A stretch of DNA of 40,339 nucleotides, taken from assembly GCF_003334815.1 (NCBI RefSeq), contig NZ_QOWO01000034.1. One strand, 5' to 3'. The notes below the pieces were generated by a model. The model was not told the DNA's origin. It did not search any database and was given only the letters and a program-made list of their open reading frames with translations. Origin of the DNA: Escherichia coli. Its GTDB lineage: Bacteria; Pseudomonadota; Gammaproteobacteria; Enterobacterales; Enterobacteriaceae. The position numbers and the translations under genes are program-made. Shown here one piece after another: positions 20,759 through 30,217 of this stretch; positions within the stretch are counted from its first letter, which is position 1; each line of letters begins with the position of its first letter.

Positions 20759-21232
20759 ATGAACCGGTTTATTATTGCGGATGCGACGAAATGTATCGGT
20801 TGCCGTACCTGTGAAGTGGCTTGCGCAGTGTCGCATCATGAGAATCAGGATTGCGCTGCGTTGTCACCAGACGAGTTTATTTCCCGTATTCGTGTCATTA
20901 AAGACCACTGCTGGACCACGGCAGTAGCCTGTCATCAGTGTGAAGATGCACCGTGCGCGAATGTCTGCCCTGTTGACGCGATAAGCCGCGAACATGGGCA
21001 TATTTTCGTTGAACAAACACGTTGCATTGGCTGTAAAAGCTGTATGCTGGCTTGCCCGTTTGGTGCGATGGAGGTCGTTTCTTCGCGCAAAAAGGCGAGG
21101 GCGATTAAGTGCGATCTGTGCTGGCATCGGGAGACGGGACCGGCCTGTGTTGAAGCCTGCCCGACAAAGGCGTTGCAGTGCATGGATGTCGAGAAAGTGC
21201 AGCGGCATCGGCTACGGCAGCAGCCTGTTTGA
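20759..21232 (+). CDS. ysaA: Ferredoxin-like protein with four 4Fe-4S motifs (HycB/HydN family)
   Basis: ATG 20759 with SD AAGGAG gives 157 aa; the ORF-track GTG at 20753 is rejected. Four Cys clusters are present: CIGCRTCEVAC, CHQCEDAPCANVCP, CIGCKSCMLACP and CDLC..ACVEACP. Confidence 0.9.
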   Translation: MNRFIIADATKCIGCRTCEVACAVSHHENQDCAALSPDEFISRIRVIKDHCWTTAVACHQCEDAPCANVCPVDAISREHGHIFVEQTRCIGCKSCMLACPFGAMEVVSSRKKARAIKCDLCWHRETGPACVEACPTKALQCMDVEKVQRHRLRQQPV

Positions 21233-21279
21233 AACGTTTTCCGGCGTTTCTCAACGCCGGAACAGTGCGCTTTGTTTAT

Positions 21280-21378
21280 GCCAGATGCGGCGTAAACGCC
21301 TTATCCGGCCTACAAATTCTTCCAAATTCAATATATTGCAGAAATCATGTAGGCCTGATAAGCGTAGCGCATCAGGCA
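21280..21378. repeat. BIME: two inverted REP elements between convergent ysaA and avtA
   Basis: GCCAGATGCGGCGTAAACGCCTTATCCGGCCTAC (21280-21313) and GTAGGCCTGATAAGCGTAGCGCATCAGGCA (21349-21378). Confidence 0.85.
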
Positions 21379-21382
21379 ATTT

Positions 21383-22636
21383 TTAGTGACTTTCAGCCCA
21401 GGCTCTTTCTATCTCTTCCGCCAGAATCTTCACCCCCGCCTCAATTTTCTCCGGCTCTGGTACGTAGTTCATGCGCATACATTGATGCGTATGCGGCCAC
21501 GGTTTATCCAGCCCTGGGAAGAAGTTGTGCCCCGGCACCATCAGCACGCCGCGTGCTTTCAGGCGCTGATAGAGCTGCTCGGTCGTAATGGGCAAATCCT
21601 TAAACCATAGCCAGAGGAAAATGGCTCCTTCCGGTTTATGAATCAGGCAGCGATTTTCCGGTAAATAGCGGCGAATGATGGCGATAGTTTCCTGAACACG
21701 CTGGTAGTAAAACGGTTTGATGACTGTTTCAGACAGGCGCAGCAGATCGTTACGCTTAATCATTTCACACATCATCGCCGGACCAATACCGCCAGGTGCC
21801 AGGCTGATAATGCCGTTCATATTGGTGATGGCGGTGATGATTTTTTCATTGGCGATGATAATGCCGCAGCGGGAGCCAGGTAGACCCAGCTTGGAAAGAC
21901 TCATGCACAGCACGATATTCGGATTCCATAGCGGGCGCGCTTCACTGAAGATGATACCCGGGAACGGGACGCCATAAGCGTTATCAATCACCAGCGGAAT
22001 GCCGTGTTGATTCGCCAGCGCGTCAAGCTTCAGCAACTCTTCGTCAGTAATCACATTGCCTGTTGGATTCGTCGGCCGGGAGACGCAAATCATCCCGGTT
22101 TCTTCGCCAATATGCAGATGCTCAAAATCGACGTGGTATTTAAACTGGCCTTCCGGCAGCAGTTCAATATTCGGACGCGCAGAGACAAACAGATCTTCTT
22201 CCAGTCCGGCGTCAGCATAGCCAATGTATTCCGGTGCAAGCGGGAACAGCACTTTTTTGACCCGACCATCGGCACGGCGTCCGGCAAACAGGTTAAATAA
22301 GTAGAAAAACGCGCTCTGGCTGCCGTTTGTTAGTGCAATATTCTGTGGTTCGATATCCCAACCCAACTTCTCGCGCAGCATTCCGGCAAGCAGTGTGAGT
22401 AGCTCCGTTTTCCCCTGTGGACCGTCGTAGTTACACAGTGCATCAGTCGCTTTGCCACTTTCCAGCATGTCGGTCAGTAGCGTCTGGAAGTAGTCCTGCA
22501 TTTCCGGGATCTGCGCCGGATTACCGCCGCCGAGCATAATCGCGCCAGGCGTGCGTAAACCGTCGTTCAGATCTTCCATCAACAGCGTAATGCCGGAGTG
22601 GCGGGTAAATTTGTCACCAAAAAGGGAGAATGTCAT
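21383..22636 (-). CDS. avtA: Valine-pyruvate aminotransferase (transaminase C)
   Basis: The ORF-track frame extends to 22741. The ATG at 22636 gives the 417-aa AvtA (MTFSLFGDKFTRHSG). The PLP-lysine motif SLSKLGLPGSRCG is present. Confidence 0.92.
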   Translation of the reverse strand: MTFSLFGDKFTRHSGITLLMEDLNDGLRTPGAIMLGGGNPAQIPEMQDYFQTLLTDMLESGKATDALCNYDGPQGKTELLTLLAGMLREKLGWDIEPQNIALTNGSQSAFFYLFNLFAGRRADGRVKKVLFPLAPEYIGYADAGLEEDLFVSARPNIELLPEGQFKYHVDFEHLHIGEETGMICVSRPTNPTGNVITDEELLKLDALANQHGIPLVIDNAYGVPFPGIIFSEARPLWNPNIVLCMSLSKLGLPGSRCGIIIANEKIITAITNMNGIISLAPGGIGPAMMCEMIKRNDLLRLSETVIKPFYYQRVQETIAIIRRYLPENRCLIHKPEGAIFLWLWFKDLPITTEQLYQRLKARGVLMVPGHNFFPGLDKPWPHTHQCMRMNYVPEPEKIEAGVKILAEEIERAWAESH

Positions 22637-22813
22637 AGCGGGATATCTGTCGAACTCTGTAGCAAGGAAGGTAACAATAACGCTACATTTGCTGGGGTGC
22701 AAATCGGTCTGTTGAAGAGTGAGCGGTGCTTTATCCTGCAACGCTGATTAGGGCTGACATTTTATCCTGGTTGGCGGCTTCCCGAGGTACTGACGAACGG
22801 GAAGCCGGAAAAG

Positions 22814-24844
22814 TTACTGTTGCCCTGCCCAGACGACCAGCACTTTATCGTCGCCATGCTCACGAACAAAGCCGTAGCCCTGCTTCAGCAAAAGTGTCGT
22901 TTGTTTGCCCGCGCCAATTGCGGGATGGCGGGCGCGGAACTGGCTGATTTTCTGCCAGTGCGCGACGCTGGCGGCAGATTTACCGCTAACATCCTGCCAG
23001 TTCATATCCGAACGTGTACCTTGCAGCGGATCAGAACCTGTAGGACCGAACGGACGCGAGGATTCATCACCATAAAAGATTTGTACCGCGCCTGGCGCTA
23101 ATAGTAATAACTCTGCTGCTTTGTCGCCCCCTTCACGGAACAGGCGGGTATCATGCGACGAGAGGTAGCTCAACACGTTGAAACCCTGCAATTTCTCCGC
23201 CATTTGCTGCCAGGTCGTATCCATCTGCGCCAGACAGTCGACTGCTTTCGCCGCCTGCTCCTGATAATCGAAATTGATCATCGCATCGAAGCCGTGGCGA
23301 TAGTAGTCACTTTGCATCACGCCGTGGCCCCAGGCTTCACCGGTCATCCAGAAAGGTTTGTCATCTAATGCTTTGTCGGGGTTAGCTTTTTTCCATTCGC
23401 GAAGCGCGGCGCTGGCTTCGGTTTTCAGTTGCTGCCAGGCGGGCAACTCAACATGTTTGGCGGTATCGACCCGAAAACCATCAATCCCATAGTCGCGGAC
23501 CCACTGACTTAACCAGTGGGTTAAGTAATCGCGCGGCGTATAGCCGTCAATGGCTTTGGCGTGGGTATCCATTTTGTTTTTATAGAACACCGGCAGACCA
23601 GAAGCGGTAGTTGATTCGGTTTTGATATCCGGCAAAAAGGCTAGCGACATAGTGAGATCGTCGAATCCAGGATTGTCGTAATCGCCGATATCCGTTCTGA
23701 TCCAGTTTTTTCCCCACCATTTATCCCAGCCTGTTTTGTCGCTGAAATTAATGTAATCGTTAAAGCTATGCCAGGTTTGCCCGGCGGCAGGTTTCCAGTC
23801 GCTCCAGCGTTCACCCAGCGATTTTTTCACTTCGTCACCAGAAAGATATAACGCGCCAAACTGATACTCCTGCATATCCGCCAGCGTGGCATAGCCGGTG
23901 TGGTTCATCACGACATCAAAGAGAATACGAATACCGCGCTGATGTGCGCTATCAACCAGCGTCCGTAGATCGGCTTCGTTGCCCATATTGGCATCAAGAT
24001 TCGTCCAGTCCTGTGTGTAATAACCGTGGTAGGCATAATGCGGGAAATCGCCTTTTGTACCGCCGCCGACCCAGCCGTGAATTTGCTCAAATGGGGCGCT
24101 TATCCATAAAGCATTAACGCCCAACTGCTGGAGGTAATCCAGTTTGTTGGTCAGGCCGCGTAAATCGCCGCCGTGAAAAGTGCCAATTTCCGCCATACCG
24201 TCTTTATGACGTCCGTAACTCTGGTCATTACTGGGATCGCCGTTTTCGAAACGATCTGTCAGCACAAAGTAAACCGTGGCGTTATGCCAGTCGAAAGGGG
24301 CGGATGTGTCAGTTTCTGCCCGTTCCAGCAGGAGTAAACCGTTGCTGGTGGCAGCGGGTTGTAACATTATTTGACCGTTCTTCACTATCGCAATTTGCTG
24401 GCTGTAATAATCCCGTACGGCGGCTCCTTCCGGGAAAGTGGCGCTGACATCCACTGTGAGCGGTAATCCATCCCATTTCGGGCATTCACGGACCAGGCTT
24501 GCTACCGGTTCGGCGGCGTTCTGGATGGAAATCATCAATGTTGGCGTACCGGAGCGGGTGTCTATTTGCAGCGTATATTCGCCGTCCCTGAACAATCGCC
24601 ATTGAGGCGGCGTGTTGCTACAAGGTTGCAGGGAAAGCATCTGATTGAGTTTTATCGCATCCGCAGGCTGCCAGCACTGTTGGTCAAAATTTAGCGTTAG
24701 TGGACGCGTACCTTTGGGCAACTGCGCGTGGCTGACAAATGTTCCTGTCCCCTGTTCGCTAAAGGCGGGAAACCCCGGAGAAGTCCAGCTGGCGGCAACG
24801 GCGAAGCCAGGAAGGAGTGTCAGAAAACAGGCGGCGAGTTTCAT
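22814..24844 (-). CDS. malS: Periplasmic alpha-amylase (GH13)
   Basis: 676-aa ORF with a signal peptide (LLPGFAVA-AS) and GH13 motifs DVVMNHTG, GFRVDTAKH, GEAWG and LSSHD. Confidence 0.96.
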   Translation of the reverse strand: MKLAACFLTLLPGFAVAASWTSPGFPAFSEQGTGTFVSHAQLPKGTRPLTLNFDQQCWQPADAIKLNQMLSLQPCSNTPPQWRLFRDGEYTLQIDTRSGTPTLMISIQNAAEPVASLVRECPKWDGLPLTVDVSATFPEGAAVRDYYSQQIAIVKNGQIMLQPAATSNGLLLLERAETDTSAPFDWHNATVYFVLTDRFENGDPSNDQSYGRHKDGMAEIGTFHGGDLRGLTNKLDYLQQLGVNALWISAPFEQIHGWVGGGTKGDFPHYAYHGYYTQDWTNLDANMGNEADLRTLVDSAHQRGIRILFDVVMNHTGYATLADMQEYQFGALYLSGDEVKKSLGERWSDWKPAAGQTWHSFNDYINFSDKTGWDKWWGKNWIRTDIGDYDNPGFDDLTMSLAFLPDIKTESTTASGLPVFYKNKMDTHAKAIDGYTPRDYLTHWLSQWVRDYGIDGFRVDTAKHVELPAWQQLKTEASAALREWKKANPDKALDDKPFWMTGEAWGHGVMQSDYYRHGFDAMINFDYQEQAAKAVDCLAQMDTTWQQMAEKLQGFNVLSYLSSHDTRLFREGGDKAAELLLLAPGAVQIFYGDESSRPFGPTGSDPLQGTRSDMNWQDVSGKSAASVAHWQKISQFRARHPAIGAGKQTTLLLKQGYGFVREHGDDKVLVVWAGQQ

Positions 24845-24904
24845 GGCGGATGAGTCCTTATTGCTGCGATTTCAGACAGTTTGCCAGCGATAAGCCAAAC
24901 AAAA

Positions 24905-24936
24905 CTCATCCCTGAGCGGTAAGTCCACAGGATGAG
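24905..24936. promoter_or_regulatory. Pair of inverted MalT-box-like motifs upstream of malS
   Basis: CTCATCCC (24905-24912, reverse complement GGGATGAG) and GGATGAG (24930-24936) lie 60-90 bp upstream of the malS ATG. They match the MalT-box core GGA(T/G)GA. Confidence 0.5.
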
Positions 24937-25163
24937 AAGCAAGGGTGAGCGATCTCGCGCAAAAAACGGCTGAATTTTGCGATAACCCCCACATTTTCTG
25001 CGATTTAGCGCCAATCTGAATCGTTAACACGTGACATAGTTTCAGATTTGGACTATTCCTTGGGGTGCTCTTGACAGCTATTTTTGATATGATTTGAGAT
25101 TCAACTCTCAAATTTGTGAAAAATATAAGGTGTTGGAATGATTAAATCCGACCAGGAGACCTG

Positions 25164-25988
25164 ATGATTTTGACTCCCATACGACGATATGGGGCGATGA
25201 TTCTTATGTTACTCACTCTGGTGTTTTCGAGTGAGGTGTTAGCGAAGACGCACACAACAACAGCGAGTCAAAAGTCCCACTTAACTAAAGCTAGTAATAA
25301 ACAGGTAAGCAGTAAACAAGAGTATTCTCGCAATAGTGCAAAGAGTAGTTCACTTCCTGATTTGCGAAAATACCCTTCCGGAACACCAAGGAAAAAGGCG
25401 TTTCTCCGGACCGTAATGCCTTACATTACCAGCCAAAATGCGGCCATTACTGCGGAACGTAACTGGCTCATTTCAAAACAGTATCAGGGCCAATGGTCAC
25501 CTGCTGAGCGTGCGCGTCTGAAAGACATCGCCAAACGCTACAAGGTGAAGTGGTCCGGTAATACGCGAAAAATCCCGTGGAATACCTTGCTTGAACGCGT
25601 AGACATTATCCCCACCAGTATGGTGGCGACGATGGCTGCAGCAGAAAGCGGTTGGGGAACGTCGAAGCTGGCGCGCAACAACAACAACCTGTTCGGCATG
25701 AAATGCATGAAAGGACGTTGTACCAATGCGCCAGGTAAAGTGAAAGGGTACTCACAGTTTAGTTCTGTCAAAGAATCGGTGAGCGCCTATGTCACTAACC
25801 TGAATACGCACCCGGCTTACTCTTCGTTCCGTAAATCGCGTGCGCAGCTGCGTAAAGCGGATCAGGAAGTGACTGCCACAGCGATGATTCACAAGCTGAA
25901 GGGCTACTCGACCAAAGGGAAGAGTTATAACAACTACCTGTTCGCAATGTACCAGGATAACCAACGGTTAATCGCGGCGCATATGTAA
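25164..25988 (+). CDS. bax: Secreted GH73 / FlgJ-like N-acetylglucosaminidase-domain protein
   Basis: 274-aa ORF with a signal/anchor sequence (MILMLLTLVFSSEVLA) and a basic Ser/Lys-rich linker. The glucosaminidase motif AAAESGWGTSKLARNNNNLFGMK is present. Confidence 0.92.
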   Translation: MILTPIRRYGAMILMLLTLVFSSEVLAKTHTTTASQKSHLTKASNKQVSSKQEYSRNSAKSSSLPDLRKYPSGTPRKKAFLRTVMPYITSQNAAITAERNWLISKQYQGQWSPAERARLKDIAKRYKVKWSGNTRKIPWNTLLERVDIIPTSMVATMAAAESGWGTSKLARNNNNLFGMKCMKGRCTNAPGKVKGYSQFSSVKESVSAYVTNLNTHPAYSSFRKSRAQLRKADQEVTATAMIHKLKGYSTKGKSYNNYLFAMYQDNQRLIAAHM

Positions 25989-26001
25989 TTGCATTTCCTT
26001 G

Positions 26002-26037
26002 AGCCTTATCCGACTTGTCAGTCGGATAAGGCTTTTT
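26002..26037 (+). terminator. Strong rho-independent terminator of bax
   Basis: A perfect 14-bp stem AGCCTTATCCGACT/AGTCGGATAAGGCT with the loop TGTC, running into T5. Confidence 0.85.
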
Positions 26038-26103
26038 ACTTTGTCTCAGGCAGTTGAGCTACGAGCCTGAAGCGTTGTTGGTGCGTTTTATCATGCCTGG
26101 CGG

Positions 26104-26139
<36 letters not shown>

Positions 26140-26183
26140 CCACGCAGCGTTACCTGATGTGACGCCGACAATTCTCATCATCG

Positions 26184-27362
26184 CTACAACATGACCTCGC
26201 TATTTACATCGCGATACTCTTTTGGCGTCGTGTCATATGCTTTTTTAAAAACAGAGTAGAAATATTGCAGCGATGGATAACCGCACATTTGCGATATCTC
26301 ATTGATCGACAAGGTGGTTGAAATCAGCAGACTGCGCGCTTTCTCCAGCTTCTCGGCATGAATCATGGCATGGATGGTTTCACCCACCTCTTCTTTAAAA
26401 CGCTTCTCAAGATTGGAGCGCGAGATCCCGACCGCATCCAGTACCTGATCCACTTTAATCCCTTTACAGGCGTGATTACGAATGTAATGCATGGCCTGAA
26501 TAACGGCGGGATCGGTCAGCGAGCGATAATCTGTTGAGCGCCGTTCAATGACGCGAACTGGTGGGACCAAAATTCGCTGTAGCGGCATTTCTTCTTTATC
26601 TAATAATCGATGCAACAGTTTTGCCGCCTGATAGCCCATTTGCCGCGCGCCCTGAGCGACCGAAGAAAGGGCGACACGCGACAGATAGCGGGTCAGTTCT
26701 TCGTTATCGATGCCAATCACGCATAATTTTTCCGGTACGGGAATATGTAGATGTTCACATACTTGCAGAATATGCCGCGCTCGGGCGTCAGTAACGGCAA
26801 TAATCCCGGTTTGCGGTGGTAGCGTTTGTAGCCAGTCTGCCAGCCGATTTTGCGCGTGTTGCCAGTTCTCTGGCGCGGTTTCTAACCCCTGATAAACCAC
26901 TCCGCGATACTTTTCTTCGGCGACAAGCTGACGAAATGCATATTCGCGCTCAGTGGCCCAACGTTTGCCGCTTGATTCCGGAAGACCATAAAAAGCAAAG
27001 CGGTTAACGCCTTTCTCTTTTAAATGCAAAAATGCGCTTTCAACCAGCGCATAGTTATCGGTGGCAATGTAATGAACGGGTGGGTAACTTTCTGCAAGGT
27101 GATACGAGCCGCCAACCCCAACAATGGGGACGTCGACATCAGCCAGCGCTTGCTCGATCTGTTTGTCGTCGAAGTCGGCAATGACGCCATCTCCTAACCA
27201 GTCCTTGATTTTATCAATGCGGGCGCGGAAATCTTCTTCAATGAAAATATCCCATTCCGATTGTGACGCCTGTAAATATTCCCCTACGCCTTCTACTACC
27301 TGCCGGTCATAGGCTTTATTGGCATTGAACAGTAATGTGATGCGGTGACGTTTAGTAAACAT
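26184..27362 (-). CDS. xylR: Xylose-responsive AraC-family activator XylR
   Basis: 392-aa ORF with an N-terminal periplasmic-binding-protein-like sugar domain and a C-terminal AraC HTH pair. Confidence 0.96.
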   Translation of the reverse strand: MFTKRHRITLLFNANKAYDRQVVEGVGEYLQASQSEWDIFIEEDFRARIDKIKDWLGDGVIADFDDKQIEQALADVDVPIVGVGGSYHLAESYPPVHYIATDNYALVESAFLHLKEKGVNRFAFYGLPESSGKRWATEREYAFRQLVAEEKYRGVVYQGLETAPENWQHAQNRLADWLQTLPPQTGIIAVTDARARHILQVCEHLHIPVPEKLCVIGIDNEELTRYLSRVALSSVAQGARQMGYQAAKLLHRLLDKEEMPLQRILVPPVRVIERRSTDYRSLTDPAVIQAMHYIRNHACKGIKVDQVLDAVGISRSNLEKRFKEEVGETIHAMIHAEKLEKARSLLISTTLSINEISQMCGYPSLQYFYSVFKKAYDTTPKEYRDVNSEVML

Positions 27363-27385
27363 GGTTCTTTTCCTGCTGAATCATG

Positions 27386-27423
27386 CAAAAACTCAAAACC
27401 GGTAATACGTAACCGGCTTTGAG
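27386..27423 (-). terminator. Intrinsic terminator between xylH and xylR
   Basis: Read on the minus strand, CUCAAAGCCGGU pairs with ACCGGUUUUGAG (12 bp including one G-U, 8-nt loop), followed by UUUUUG. It starts 16 nt after the xylH stop. Confidence 0.65.
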
Positions 27424-27439
27424 AAAATTTTTATCAAAA

Positions 27440-28621
27440 TCAAGAACGGCGTTTGGTTGCGGAGTCCATCCATACTGCCAGCAACAGAATCGCACCTTTA
27501 ACGATATACTGCCAGAAGGTCGGTACATCCATCATACTCATGCCGTTATCCAGTGAAGCCATGATAAATGCCCCCATTACTGCTCCGGCAACGCTTCCCA
27601 CACCGCCAGCCAGGCTGGTGCCGCCAATCACGCATGCTGCAATTGCGTCCAGTTCGGCGATATTTCCCGCAGAAGGTGAACCAGCGCCAAGTCGAGAACT
27701 AAGGATTAATCCGGCGATGGCTACCATTAATCCGTTAATCGCGAACACGGCAAGTTTGGTGCGTTCAACGTTAATCCCGGAGAGACGTGCTGCTTCCAGA
27801 TTGCCGCCGATGGCATAAATGCGTCGTCCAAATGCCGTCCGCGTTGCCATAAACATTCCGCCGAGTAACAGCAACGTCAGCAGCAGAACAGGAGTGGGAA
27901 CGCCACGGTAATCATTCAACAGCCAGATTGCGCCTAATACGATGATAGCGGTTAAAGCCTGGCGACCGACTACTGCGGTAGAGGCCGGAGACTGTAAACC
28001 CAAAGCCTGACGGCGCATTCTTCCGCGCCATTGCCAACCAACAAAAGCCATTAAGCCAAGCGCGCCAATGATGAAGCCGGTACTGGCGGGGAGATAGCTT
28101 TGCCCAATTTGTGACATCGCGGCGCTGGTGGGGGATACAGTCGTGCCGTTGGTGATGCCAATGAGTATGCCGCGAAATGCCAACATGCCCGCGAGGGTGA
28201 CAATAAATGAAGGGACTTTACGGTACGCGACCCACCATCCGTTCCAGGCACCGAGAAGCAGTCCCAGAACCAGCGTCACAATGATGGTAAGTGGCAAAGG
28301 CCAGCCTAACCAGACGTCACAAATCGCCGCGACGCCACCTAACAGCCCCATCATTGAGCCGACGGAAAGGTCGATTTCAGCAGAAATTATGACGAACACC
28401 ATTCCTACCGCGAGGATGCCGGTAATCGCGGTCTGGCGTAACAGGTTGGAGACGTTACGGGCGCTTAAGTAGGCACCATCGGTGGTCCAGGTAAAGAACA
28501 GCATGATTGCGATGATAGCTGCAATCATCACGAAGACCTGCAAATTCAGTGATTTCAGCCCGGAGAAGCCACCGGATGTCGGTACGGCCAATTTCACTTC
28601 AGACGGATTGCTTTTCGACAT
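27440..28621 (-). CDS. xylH: Xylose ABC transporter permease
   Basis: 393-aa polytopic ORF that overlaps the xylG 3' end by 23 nt. Confidence 0.96.
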
Positions 28622-30140
28622 GATGTTCGCTCCTCAATGCGGCTTCCATCACCTGCTCCTGAGTCAGGTTATGATTTATCAGGTTGGCTTTTAGTTTCCC
28701 TTCATGCATCACCAGTACACGATCGCTAAGGCCGAGCACTTCAGGTAATTCGGAAGAGATGACAATAACGGCAATACCCTGCTGGACGAGTTGGTTAATT
28801 AATTTGTAGATCTCGTATTTCGCGCCAATATCGATACCCCTGGTGGGTTCATCAAGAATGAGAATGCGCGGGTTAAGTAACAGACAGCGAGCGAGGATCG
28901 CTTTTTGCTGATTGCCGCCGCTCAAACGTCCAATAGCAAGGTCGGGGGACGACGTTTTAACTTTGAGTTGCTGGATTGATTCCAGAATACATTTTTGCTC
29001 TGCCGCGTCATCAAGCTGGCTAATGCCACCGGTAAATTTATTGAGTGCGGCGAGGGTAATATTTTTACCAACCGCCATTACCGGAACGATGCCGTCGCGC
29101 TTTCTGTCTTCGGGGACCATCGCAATCCCCTGGGCGATGGCTTGCTGACAGTTACGAATATCTACCTGTTTGCCATCAATATAAATTTTTCCTTCCCATT
29201 GTCCGGGCCACACACCAAACAGGCACTGAATGGTCTCGGTACGTCCGGCACCAACGAGTCCGGCAATACCCAATATTTCGCCACGTTTCAGGGAAAACGA
29301 GACATCATTAACTCGTTTAATATGACGATTAACCGGATGCCATGCCGTCAGATGTTCAATACGTAATATTTCATCTCCGGTGGTATGTGGTTCATTAGGG
29401 TAAAGCGCGGTTAACTCTCGCCCGACCATCATGGTGATAATATCGTCTTCACTCATTCCGGCAGCATCACGCGTACCAATGTGCTGTCCGTCGCGAATAA
29501 CGCAAATCGTATCGGAAATCGCTTTGACTTCGTTGAGTTTGTGCGAAATATAAATACAGGCGATACCGTGCTGTTGTAGATCGCGAATAATATCCAGTAA
29601 AACCGACGTTTCCTGCTCAGTTAATGAGGCTGTCGGTTCATCGAGAATTAACAAGCGCACCTGTTTATTAAGTGCCTTGGCAATTTCAACCAGTTGTTGT
29701 TGCCCAAGCCCTAAATCGCCAACGCGGGTATCAGGTGAAATGGATAAACTGACCTGTGCGAGCAGCTTCTGACAGCGTAGCGTCATCAGGTCATAATCCA
29801 TAATGCCATTGTGGGTTATTTCGTTACCCAGGAAGATATTTTCCAGCACGGTCAATTCTTTCACCAGGGCCAATTCCTGATGAATGATGGCGATACCTTT
29901 GCGTTCGGTATCGCGGATGTGACTCGCCTGAATCTCTTCTCCCGCAAAAATAATTTCGCCTTCGTAGGAGCCATGGGGATAAATACCACACAGCACTTTC
30001 ATCAGCGTTGATTTACCAGACCCATTTTCCCCACAAAGTGAGACGATTTCGCCAGCATTCAACCGCAAGCAGACGTTATCAATCGCCTTCACACTGCCGA
30101 AGGTTTTGGTAATGTTCTTCATTTCAAGTAGATAAGGCAT
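28599..30140 (-). CDS. xylG: Xylose ABC transporter ATP-binding protein (duplicated ABC domains)
   Basis: 513-aa ORF with Walker A motifs GENGSGKST and GLVGAGRTE, and signature motifs LGLGQQQ and LSGGNQQK. Confidence 0.96.
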
Positions 30141-30187
30141 AACGACTCCACCTAAGCCAATTCATTCACGCGGCATGGAGAGAAATC

Positions 30188-30212
30188 ACGCCCCCGCTCC
30201 GCGCTGGGGCGT
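30188..30212 (-). other. Intercistronic GC hairpin between xylF and xylG
   Basis: ACGCCCC/GGGGCGT forms a 7-bp stem with an 11-nt loop inside the 77-nt xylF-xylG spacer. Confidence 0.4.
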
Positions 30213-30217
30213 AACGC

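Noticed and set aside
21240-21261. The hairpin CCGGCGTT-TCTC-AACGCCGG just after the ysaA stop, as a possible terminator.
   Set aside because: The stem is good, but no U-tract follows and the adjacent BIME probably provides the 3' end structure. I left it uncalled.
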